DNA of 64,000 nucleotides, from NCBI GenBank assembly GCA_024704765.1, contig JAKMXF010000330.1:62001-126000 (forward strand). The letters run 5' to 3'. The DNA comes from Oopsacas minuta. Lineage: Eukaryota; Animalia; Porifera. The stretch's first letter is position 1. Each line of letters starts with the position of its first letter. The translations under genes and the position numbers were made by a program. This document shows positions 23,361 through 34,589 of this stretch, piece after piece. The notes under the pieces were generated by a model. The model worked only from the letters and a program-made list of their open reading frames with translations, searched no databases and was not told where the DNA came from.

Positions 23361-23481
23361 GGAAAATAGCTGGAATATTTCATAATAGAATCAGTGTTGG
23401 AGCAAATCTGCATATATTAGCGTAATAAATATTAATTGGAGCTGGTTGAACCACTAATCCAATTAAGGTTTTAAGTCTTCA
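23361..23481 (+). repeat. 121-bp direct repeat, copy 1 (copy 2 at 25059-25179)
   Basis: 5 mismatches in 121 bp by eye. Confidence 0.9.
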
Positions 23482-24566
23482 ACAAAGACCAGCAAAAAAT
23501 TGACAGAGTTCGTTGAAGTCAAGCAAGAATAAATGTGATTTCATCTATCGAGTGAAATGTTACTTATGTAGGAATAAGAGAATGAACATAGTTATAGCCA
23601 TGAATGGACACAGTTCTAGGGAGAATATTAATCTAAGAGAAAAGTTTACCTGAATTCATAAAGAGCCTGCCTACCTAAGGAAAATCAATAGTCAGGATTT
23701 TTGTGGCTGTAAGTGGAATAGCTAAACACATTTTTCATTATCGATCCAAAATATAATACTGTATTACATTATATTATATATTGGATAAGTGGTATATACT
23801 GTCGGGTACATAGAATTCAACATCCAAAATGGGAAATTACAACAATTTGCAAAATATATAAATCGAAATATCATCTAGTCATGTAAAAGGTGTGAAGATT
23901 ATTAAACTCCATAGTATTTAGAGCAAATATATACCAGAACGAGCTAGTATAGGACAAAAATTGGTCATTTTGCTAACGAAATCTAAATCACACATACAAA
24001 AAATGAGTAAAAATCACACAATATCGTAAAATACCATATATATAAAAGTTTAGCCAATACAGACCTAATCAGGTTCTTGTTTTTTCTCCAAAATGAAAAT
24101 TTGTTGTACAGTGTTATCACTGCATCTATATGTAGGGCATTACAGGAGCGTAGACTCGGGTTGTGGATTGGTAGGCCTTCCACATACTTTCCATTAGTCT
24201 CTATGGAGAGAGCAGAACCCAACCATTGCCTACCCCATGCATTAGTAGAGTCATATAATGCTGTGCTAGACCTTTATTAAATAATCATAATCGGTTAACC
24301 AGGACAAAACATTGACTCGTCAGCTGTCCCGATTAAGCGTCTTCCACTATATATATTACTCCTATAGGCTTCGCACTATATTCAGTTCGCTACATGTAAA
24401 TTCTCTTTATCATCAACAAGGTTTTGGTCCCTTAGAAGATTCACGATAAGAGACTGGGGAAGGGGAAGTTACGCCCCTCGATGTTGAGTTGATTAGGGGC
24501 GAGTTGTCTGGCAATCCGTATATTACTACATCAGTATAATTTATACAAATAATAGTTGGTAAATAT

Positions 24567-24727
24567 CAAGGTTGAAACCGATCGAACCGAATATCAGTAT
24601 TCATGAATAGTTGCTTAAACGAATATTGATAATATTTGGTTACATCAACCGAATACCGAATACTGATATTCGTTTCGTAACCAAATATTGAACTATTCGC
24701 CAAAAATATTATTCGGTTGCAACCTTG
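24567..24727 (+). mobile_element. hAT-type MITE, CAAGGTTG family, copy 2
   Basis: TIRs caaggttgaaaccga / tcggttgcaaccttg; perfect 8-bp TSD gtaaatat (24559-24566 and 24728-24735), which fits the Ac-type nTnnnnAn pattern. Confidence 0.85.
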
Positions 24728-24808
24728 GTAAATATGTATTCATATATATGATACGGTATCACCAGAACTTGAATAGTGCCGGTGTCAGCATCAGAGGTAA
24801 TCCTCATA

Positions 24809-25274
24809 CCCCTGAACATTATTCACTAGTGATGATGTTTTGGGAAACATCATTCCCAAGGAAACCCTGTCTCTGAGTGTTTCCCCTTGCACACTTAGCA
24901 ACACGTACGCGGGTCAAGGAAACTTACAGCCACCTGGCAAAGCCAAAATCCAACGATAATTCAATGAAAATCCACATAGGCTATCCAAATAGTGAGTTAG
25001 AATGCTCAATTCTCGGCTAAATGCTATTTATAGTTAGATAATCCAATCAAAATAGTGAGGAAAATAGCTGGAATATTTCATAATAGAATCAGTGTTGGAG
25101 CAAATCTGCATATATAAATGTAATAAATATTAATTGGAGCTGGTTGATCCACTAATCCAATTAAGGTTTCAAGTCTTCATGTTTAGGGAAACAGGACGTG
25201 TTGCTAAGTGTGTTTCTCTTAGCAACACGTCTTGTTTCCCTAATCATCATTCACTAGTGAATAATGTTTGGGGG
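24809..25274. mobile_element. Element bounded by approximately 42-bp inverted repeats, carrying copy 2 of the 121-bp repeat and a 25-bp-stem hairpin
   Basis: The left end cccctgaacattattcactagtgatgatgttttgggaaac is the approximate reverse complement of gtttccctaatcatcattcactagtgaataatgtttggggg. No TSD seen. Confidence 0.5.
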
Positions 25275-25515
25275 AACACGACTATATATCATGAGTCATA
25301 GCATTCTATGCATGAGTGAATTCACAACTGACCTAGCGTAGTAATGGGGGTGTTAAACGTTAACTTATCCAAGTTCTTGAAATAGATAAATGAAATATGA
25401 CATTTGGATGATATTACAAACCAGTGGTCATATGTATTTGTAGGTTACTATTTATTATCTCTATGTTATATTTATATATATTGTCTTTAAGAAATTGAGT
25501 AGAATACGATAAATA

Positions 25516-26065
25516 ATGGCTAGCATGCCAGGGAATAGAACTTTATTAAACAGATCAAAGAGAGTAGAAAGAAGATCGAAGACAGCTTCAAGAGGTTACA
25601 TGAAGCTCTACGAGTGAGAGAGAGAGTAACCTCCCCTCTCGTGTTGATGATATTGAGAAAGTGTGCAATGTCAAAACTCAGGAACTACAAGAATTAATAT
25701 AAGCTTTGGATAAAGCAAAATCGTTCATCAAAGATACGTTGAAATCGAATAAACTTACAGATACAAACCAAAGAATTCGTTCAATCATCGACAACAAGAT
25801 TGCAGAACTAACAGCTGAAACAGACAGTAGCATCATGTTTGAGTGGGACAATTTATTCGAGACTGACATAGAACAACTAAAGAGTATTAAGCTTAATAGT
25901 CAGACTAACATATCTCTCACTCGCACCTTCCCTCCTCAAGTGAAGCCTGTTGTACTTGACTACAAAGTTAAACAGCTACCTACTGCTTACAGCTGTAAGA
26001 AATCTTCTGACAAGAAAGCTCCAGGAGAACTGAACAATCCCAGTAATTGCTGTTTCAACCAATGA
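25516..26065 (+). pseudogene. Truncated pseudogene of a coiled-coil + NHL family gene
   Basis: ATG at 25516; peptides KQIKESRKKIEDSFKRLHEALRVRE / SRVDDIEK..QELI*ALDKAK..FEWDNLFETDIEQL..KAPGELNNP, with two frameshifts and a stop. It breaks off at what looks like the first NHL repeat (GELNNP). Family assignment is from memory. Confidence 0.65.
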
Positions 26066-26360
26066 TTACTACCAAGTTGACAGAAGAACTGGAAGAGCTA
26101 CAAACAAATTTAGCATGTACAACAGTCTCCAACCTATATGTGAGAAAAGGTAACAAAATGTTATATCTAATACATTTAAATTAAGGTTGAGACTATTTCC
26201 ACCGACCGGTAAAAAGTTGTTACACTAATTCGAAAAAACATCCAATCCAACAGCTGTAATTCACTTCAAATTCCCAATTCCACAATCTGACGTAGCACAA
26301 ATCCGCAGAACCTCCCAGCACAAATGCGAGAAAACTAGCTCCAGTCAGTGTCAATAATAG

Positions 26361-26497
26361 CAGGGCCGTAGCCACCAAAATAAAAGTGGTCAGGTTAACC
26401 TAACCAACCTGACTGAGTGGTGCCATATTGGGGAAATTCAGTAACCAAAAGTGATCAGGTTGAAACCTGACTAACCTGACTAATAGCTACGGCCCTG
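26361..26497. mobile_element. MITE with 12-bp perfect TIR cagggccgtagc
   Basis: cagggccgtagc ... gctacggccctg; internal ggtcaggt/acctgac motifs; flanks aatag / catag. Confidence 0.75.
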
Positions 26498-27089
26498 CAT
26501 AGCCACTTCGTTTAATTAATGGTACACTAATACATTTCAACATGAATTTAGCATGTAAGTAGAATATAATATAGTATATAGATCTAGGTAGCTTTCGAAG
26601 TGTTCGTGGGTCGCGCAGCGAAAGCAAGCGAAGTATGCTAGTTTTCGTTATACTTTTGTAACTTTGGTAGAGACTAATTCTGCTACACTTTTCATCATTT
26701 TTGTTATGTAACAATTATAACCGTAGGGATACGTATAGGCTATAAATAGATACTCATAGAAGAGTACTTAAATTCAAGACCCTCCCTCAGTTGTCATTAA
26801 ATAATTATCACTACTAAAAAGTGAGATCTATCCCGGTAATGAAGAATTAAAGAGAATATAACAGTATCATTGACAGTGCAAAGTGTAATTAAAGATAGCA
26901 CTTAAAATTATCAAGATAAAAATTCTTCTGCGGATAGGACTACAAAATACAGAATTAATTAGTGAAATTTGTAATCACATGGAAGGAGGAACCAAATTGA
27001 ATTGTTAATTAAGAACATAATCTCAGATTCCCTTTATCATTAATAATACCTCGTCTGAATTAATGCAGTTAATGACAACTTCAGCTACA

Positions 27090-30000
27090 CTAGAGATGTG
27101 TAAGACTGCTGATACTCAAATCTCTATTGCTGCTGTCGTGGTTGAGAGAATTATCTAATCTGGAGAAGAGGTTAGAGGGTGAGTTGTCGTGTTGTGAGTA
27201 CTCACTGGATTTAGAATAATCACTTGATTTTGAGTGAGATTTCTTGTAGCTGCGGAGGTTTGGATGAGATCTAGAGTTGTCAATAGATAGAGGCATCCTC
27301 TGAATGGGACTGAGATTCTCATTGCTTTGAGACTTATTATTAGAAGGATTAGAAGTATGAAATTGGTTGCCAGAGATAACAGAAATATTATCAATTTTGT
27401 GATATTTGTTGTTAGCTTCAGGAGGTATGTAGATAGGAGAGTGTGTAAACACAGGATAGTTATTAAAGCGAGATGGACTAGTCATGGAACGTGGTTGCAA
27501 ATGTATCTCGTTCATTTGTGTTTCTTCAGGAATTGAAGGTTTCCTAACGTATGAAAAGAAGCTCAATCCCCCAGTATAGTCAGTATAGCCTGGTTTGTTA
27601 CGGTTAGTTGGACGAGTAAATATAACATTCCTCTTGTCATGAGGAGAGCTGTCATTCGGAGTGTACTCATGTTTTCCCAGATCCCCGCCCTGCCATACGA
27701 AGCTAATCTCAGAGTCTGATACTGACAAATTGCTTGGACATCTAAAATAAAATAGAATTTTTGTGATAGAATGAATCAGTCATAGCATTTATAAATGTCA
27801 TAAAAAGCAAATTAGAAGTACCAGTCGGGTACTGTAAATTTGATCCTAACTCTGCTTGTTATTTTAATAGGCTATACATGAGTTATACTAATCATTTTCT
27901 AACCTAGTACTACGTATCAAATCCTCAGTATAATGCCTGGCATAATGGGCTACTAGTGGAGTCCTGTGGTCTGTGTCTGTTGAGTAGGAGGACTCTAGTT
28001 CACGAGATAGCTTCATTAGCTGTGGGTCTCCTATCATGAATTCCTCTGTATCTGTTTGGTATAGAGATGTGTAGGAGGAGTATATACTCTGACATACTGA
28101 CGTAGCTTCTGTCTCGTCGTCAGCAATATCTAAAAAGTATAATTAAAATACATAGGACGATAGTCAAATACGAATCTATATTATTAAATCTCAAATATTG
28201 TCCGTAAAGCCTGTTTCAAGGAAATGATTTATAGCATGCTATCAGAATTAGATTCCATAGAGGTAACAATTTGGGTAATCCGAATTTTGCGAATATACCC
28301 CTGTCATATGTAAATGTAGAATTGTTGATATAATTAAATATACTACTATAAATTATCTACTTACTGCCGGAAGAATGGGTCGTCAATTTGTATATTTTAG
28401 ATACGTAGTAAAGCGACGAGCCAAAGGCTTGTATACATAAATAAATATGACTACACTCAATGCATTGGGTATGAATATCCAACATTGAAGTATTATTGCG
28501 TGAAATACATGCTACCTGGGTGCATAGTTAATATTAGCCAACTCTAAATAATCAAGGAAGAATTACAAAATAAACAGCTGTTTCAGGGATATAGTTTACA
28601 CAATAAAGTATCTAATACTAGAAGCTATAATAATTTGACATGTGAATCACAGAATAAGTAATAGTCAGATTCAGGAAAAATAATAACAATATAAGCAATT
28701 TCAAATCGTATGTCAGATTTGATAAAAACGTGTGAACAGAATATTTAATTAGGACAATACAGCAATTGTATCAAAGTTTATTATTAAGAGCTAGCGAGGA
28801 ATTAATATAATATCTGCTAATAGCCGACTTCACAATATCTTATCGATGCTAAATACCTAACATTAAACTTTGTAGTATCATTCCACTGTTAGATGGATTC
28901 GTATAACTTCTCTGTAAACACAGTATAATGTACAAATTGGTAGTTTTAAGGTTGAAACCGCTCGACCAAGAAAATCAGTACACAGTACTCATGAGTAGCT
29001 ACTTTTCCGAATATACAATACTGATAATATTCGGTTCATTGGTTGCAACATTGCTTGGTAGTTTTAGATTTTAAACTATTCTGTTCAAATTAGAATACTT
29101 ACCTGTGCAATTACTGAGTTTAGGAAATCTCATTCTTAGTGGTAGGTTCTTGTTAGACTGTGTGGAGTACAGCTGACAGGTGGAGTCTGTAGAGGGTTGA
29201 TAGTATGGAGGATAACAGTTGGAATCCTCATAGGATAATTGTCGTTTAAGCAGACGAGGGTTTTGATAATAAGGTTTAAGTATGTCAATGCTGTCTTCCA
29301 AATAAGATTTTGATACTGTACCAATTCTGTTGTAAGTTGGATTCTATAAATATTCAATTATTATAAATTAGAGAGCAGAACAACAAATATAGGGAGAGGG
29401 CTGGCCGTTCAGCAACTCAGAGTTGTAGTCAATTAAAACGACTTATGTAACATATACATATACTGCTTAGTAGGTTAGAAGAGTAGAGTCAATGAATTGC
29501 AACTAATAGCACCCAAGAGGATACTGTTAGTTGGAAATTCGTTTATGCTTCACTGATCGCAAATAAGATCACTGCCACAAGAACATAATTATGCTATGTC
29601 ATTATCTTAATTATATTCAGCTGCACCATACAAGACAAGCTAATAAACAATAATATGGTCTCAACGACACTGTGCTTCGTCTAGCACGTTCTTATATCAA
29701 TTAGACTCTATTCATAAAAATACTATACGAATCAACTAAATAATTTTATAGTGACATGACAATATGATCAAATAATGATAAGGCCCTGTTAAATAAAAAT
29801 TGTTCCAGCTCCACATAATGTCCATGTAAGCATGAGGTGGTGGTGTTTCATTTAATTGGGATGAATTTGAAAGGAACGAATTAAAGGAGTAGTATTAATT
29901 AATTAATGAAAATTTAAATGTTTCTGAAAAGTACAACAATCAGAACCAAAGGTACAACAATCAACTTGTTAACCTTGGTTAATTAGTAGCAGATCCATGC

Positions 30001-31609
30001 CACTATAGAGGTCATTCTAGATATGTAAATTAATGGTTAGGTCAGTATACTAATAAGTTAATTTAAGGACTAAAGCTTGAAAATATGATCATTAGAAAGA
30101 TGCAATCATTCCATTAAAACAGATAATCAAAATATATGAACTTGAATAAGTTCAAATATCTTCATCAAAGAAAATTCAATGAAAGCTGAAAGTTGCCATT
30201 CTAATGTATTATACATTCATGTATTCATTTAAAAAACTATTAACCATTTAGTTTAGTGTTTAAACTAAATAACGTCATTTGTAATTAATTAATTAATTAA
30301 GTACAAACGATTCATTGCTAAACAATGTATTATGTGTAATAATCATCTAATATCCTGTGTGTTATGGGAAATCATTATTTCTAAGAAATTCTGTGACTTC
30401 AATAAAAATCAATTAACGAACGTCAAGCTTTACAAAAATCGTTTGTAAATAATATCAAACTAATTTTCTGTTTCCAGTAAATTCCACTCCTTTAAGGAAG
30501 CTAATATAGTGCTACGACACTAATTTACATATCCAGAAATCTGGAAAATGTGCATACTATCAAAAGTGTATCTATGTGGTTATAAGAACAAATGATATGC
30601 TCACCTGATCCACAAAATGTGTAAAATCAGAAGGATGTTTGTAATCTCTGTAAGGACTGATACTATCATCCATTTTTGAATCCATATGAGATTCTATCTC
30701 CATCCTAGCAGTTCTGACTGGTGTCCCTTTAGCTTTAGACTCCGAATACTTTGGTATTATCGTCTTAGAACTAGAGGATAATTTGTGTCTGCTCATCTCA
30801 GATGTTGATCCAGTTGTGCTAGGATCAGGAGTAGAGATTTCAATTGGGAGTGTACCGGTTACAAAACCGGGAGAAGAGTGATGTTGGTAACCGCCTAGTC
30901 TCTGAGAGACTATAGTGGAGCCAGAGGAAGACCTGAGAGAATTTTCTCTGTTGAAGTGAGATGAAGGCTCTGTTCTCCTCAGCTGTTCATGAGACAGGTG
31001 TGCAGGTCTGCCCAGGTTGGGTAGCGGGGAGGGACGAGCGGTAATAGAATTGACAGAGTGAGGTACTTCCATAGACCACTGTCTCTGATGACCTGACGTT
31101 ATATAAGGATTATCTCTCTTCACTTTCTGAGACTCTGAACCAATTCTATACCTACTCAGCTCTGGTTTCTGAGCAGACATGTCTATAGAGTTGATTGATT
31201 TAGGACTGGTAGAAGAGGTAGATCTTGAATAAGGACTTCTGTCGATTTGGGTATAGTTTGGAAAGGGTCGTTGTCGCTTGTCTGAATAATGAGAGCTTGT
31301 TGTAGAGAGATGTCTGTGGGGAACTGGCCCACCTGTGCCTGACTCCATTGCAGAAATAGACTGCAATCTGAAAGGACAACAATATAATCAGATCGAGAAC
31401 AAAATCTATTATCTAAATAATAAGATAAATGTATTTGGATAAATAACTTACTTTTGCAAGCTTTCTGTGGTATCAGATCGAGGTTTTCCATACTTTCCTA
31501 AATTAGTTTGCTTCTTCTTTTCTAGCTTCACACACAAGTTTACAAATAAAACCAAACTGGCGACAAAGAGTAGAGAAAATATTCCAAAAATCAAATTTTG
31601 TTCTTCCAT
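27090..31609 (-). CDS. Uncharacterised type III single-pass membrane protein with a Ser/Tyr-rich disordered cytoplasmic tail (adaptor-like), 5 exons, 679 aa
   Basis: Exons 31609-31452, 31367-30605, 29343-29103, 28129-27904 and 27741-27090; all introns GT-AG with matching phases (2,0,1,2); total 2040 nt open. N-terminus MEEQN-LIFGIFSLLFVASLVLFVNL-C-VKLEKKK. An in-frame TAA lies 9 nt upstream of the ATG. Confidence 0.75.
28411..28429 (+). mobile_element. Remnant of the Helitron 3' end
   Basis: aagcgacgagccaaaggct is identical to the terminal 19 nt of the 9299 element (18/19 to the 41688 copy); the terminal CTAG reads CTTG here. Confidence 0.5.
28948..29057 (+). mobile_element. hAT-type MITE, CAAGGTTG family, copy 3 (intronic)
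   Basis: aaggttgaaaccg ... ggttgcaacattgcttg flanked by gtagtttt on both sides. Confidence 0.65.
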
Positions 31610-33390
31610 TTGAACAAATTAAATAATTCAGACTTGTATTTAGTACAAATAGTTGAAGAGACAGAGAATCAATGTAGCAGTAGAACAAATGCTTTGGTAT
31701 GAATTACTTTACGTATTTTCCGGGCCTATTTAATATAGGATGTATTGTCTCTGGTAGTTATTATAATAAAAGAACCATTTCTAACTTATATACTCTTCAT
31801 ATTGTATGAGCATTCTCTGCTATTACGTTTCAATCCGAGAACATGTCAGCATTACTTAGTAACTAACAGATAAAATAAGATACAGGACATATTCGCCAAT
31901 AGCTATTCCCTTCATGAAGCCTCATTAACTAAATCGATGAGTTCTATAATATCAAAAGTGTAAATATATGACAATTTCTAATACTACTGAGCAGCTGAGA
32001 GAAAATCTGAATTGAAAGGGAATACAGTATTAAACATATTATGGGTGGGCGATGGCCACAGGAGTATATAACTGAGACAATTCATTCAAGACGTTCTCTG
32101 CACCTTGTCATGCCTCTGAGGAGGAACTGCCCTCTACAGTCCACAGAATGACTCTGTTACCAGCTTTTCATATGGCAGGGTGAACCAAAATGGAATACGG
32201 ACAATTGACTACATGGACACTTCACTACACGAGTACATATACGTATAAAATGGAACACATACAATTTGTGGGCATGAGTATAGAAGGAACATCTTTCTAC
32301 TTCACTTCAAGGGTGTATCTATTGGCTAATCTGTGCCTAAAGTATGTAGTTGTATAGTCTAGTCTAACTTTTCAAGTAGATAAGGTCGGGATGTGAATAT
32401 TATTATTTCGCCCTATTCCCCACTAATCATTTTTACGGAAAATTTCCTTTAACCTTTAACAGGAGCTTTTCGGGGTTATTCTATGATATACAATTTATGA
32501 CATTTTAGAAGGATGTAAAGATTTAAATCTATCAATGCGATAAATAAAAAATCACCAAAAAATTATTCGTTTTTTCTTAGAATGTTCGTATCGATGAAGT
32601 GAACGAAGGTGGGACCTAAATACAATTGCCTCACTTATAGAGGTTCTATCAGGGTAATTGCGTGATTAGAGTCAGATTATGAGATTTTCCAGAGCATAAA
32701 ATTACTAATATAATTATTACAGAGATTTATATGATAAATCATATTTTCACACATTCGGCCAGACTTCAGAATCAGCTAGAAATATCGTTTCAACGGCTAG
32801 CCAGGGCCAATCGGGTAATCGGGTAGGTAGATTCCTAAACTGATATTTTAAAGCTATATTTACTTAATTTATCATATGATTAACTATATTTCTACTCTTT
32901 TAGGCTAAAACTAAAAAATATTTTTAATCTTGTGACCTTGACTAATCAGGGTTTAATGGCTAGTAATATTTACCCGAGCTATACAAGAGACTGGACATTA
33001 CTTCATATAGCTAGCTACCATCAGGAATGTGAAGTTGCAGAATATTCGAATAAATTCTGCAAAATGGTAGTACGAGTACGCAATGAAATACAAATATACT
33101 ACGTATAAATACCGTAATAAAGGGAATAGAAATACCTAGCTAGCTAGAAAAGGAATTATAAATTTACATAATAACTTAATCAACTCGCCGCATCATTTCC
33201 ATATTAAATTGCGTAGTAAAACTATGTTTATTCATTAAATATCGTCACACCGTAAACTCTATAACTATGCATAAATCATGAAGATAGTCCATATTCTGTG
33301 CTGTATACTGCAACATAATATATAAGATACCCACATTTCTTCAAATTACATTGATGGACATTGTAATAGATATCTCAACAGCTTAGAGTA

Positions 33391-34248
33391 ATGGCTTACT
33401 TGTATTCAACATGTTTGCCAATTACACAAGTGCGAGCAGTCTCCTATTGTGCCCTAATCAGCATGCTATATATCCTCAGCATGTATATTGGTGTACCAAA
33501 TTTACCAAGAGACTTTCCAAGTGTTGTGCGTGCGAGAATACGTAATGTGATATTATACACACTACTGATTATATTCCTAATGAATTATGACTTATACGAG
33601 ACGAAGGCCAGCAGCTGTCCTACCTTCCTAGAGATGATTGGATTCAGCTCTTACCAAATAATTGCAGCAACTTTACAACCATTACTGCTCTCAATTATAC
33701 TCTTCCTCGGTCCTATAGTACAGTACACCATAGAGGGTAGAAATATTCTAAATCCTAGCTTTTGGATGGATAAAGATGTTATTCTAACTGTAAGAGCTCT
33801 TGTAATCGCCCCAATTACAGAAGAGATAGTATATCGTGGTTGTATGTTCCCATTGCTGTACTCAGCGTTTGGAACTACTGCTATTCTATTGTGTCCTCTC
33901 TTGTTCGGACTAGCACACCTCCACCATTTCTTTGAATGGTTCAAAGATGAAGACAATTTCCTCACATTCAAAATAGCAATGACTACACTTAAGAGGACCG
34001 TATTAGAGGTATGTATACACACGTGTATTACTTTTATTTTTGGAATATATTCAACTTTCCTCTTCTGGAGAACTTCAAACATAATATCACCAATTGTTTG
34101 TCACGTATTCTGCAATGGAATTGGTCCTCCGCCAATACATAGAATCAGCAGTACTAGAGGATCATCTTGTATAATCTATGCTTATATTATAGGGCTAGTT
34201 ATGTTTATTTTGTTGTTACTCCCACTCACGAATATGTACAACACCTAG
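33391..34248 (+). CDS. RCE1: CAAX prenyl protease 2
   Basis: Multi-pass; APITEEIVYRGCM, PLLFGLAHLHH, HVFCNGIG are the Rce1/Abi EExxxR, FxxxH and HxxxN motifs. Confidence 0.93.
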   Translation: MAYLYSTCLPITQVRAVSYCALISMLYILSMYIGVPNLPRDFPSVVRARIRNVILYTLLIIFLMNYDLYETKASSCPTFLEMIGFSSYQIIAATLQPLLLSIILFLGPIVQYTIEGRNILNPSFWMDKDVILTVRALVIAPITEEIVYRGCMFPLLYSAFGTTAILLCPLLFGLAHLHHFFEWFKDEDNFLTFKIAMTTLKRTVLEVCIHTCITFIFGIYSTFLFWRTSNIISPIVCHVFCNGIGPPPIHRISSTRGSSCIIYAYIIGLVMFILLLLPLTNMYNT

Positions 34249-34589
34249 TTACACCGAATGTATACTTATTACATGTCTACAGATGTATTGTAATGTATAG
34301 ACTATAGACCATATGTTAGATGTTGATAATTTGTAAAGGTTTCTCTAAATTCTTAAATTATTCATCAACAAATTTGCAACAATTATTAACATGTGTATTT
34401 CTGCAACTATTAAGTAAAGTTCCATATATGAGTTATTGATATATAGAAATGTCATCTTATCCGTAACTGTGAGCCATTTGTGGATTTAAGGAGTACTGCA
34501 ATTCTGAATTTTGGACAAATAAGGAATAGACATTAGTGTCCTTTCGCCTCAAAGCTTATTTAATCTTTTAATTTTGGTATATTTATCAT

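Noticed and set aside
23361-25179. 121-bp direct repeats as retrotransposon LTRs
   Set aside because: No TG..CA pair, PBS, PPT, TSD or gag/pol remnant between them.
32090-32150. In-frame TGA on the minus strand as selenocysteine
   Set aside because: No start codon context, no selenoprotein-like motif and no recognisable SECIS.
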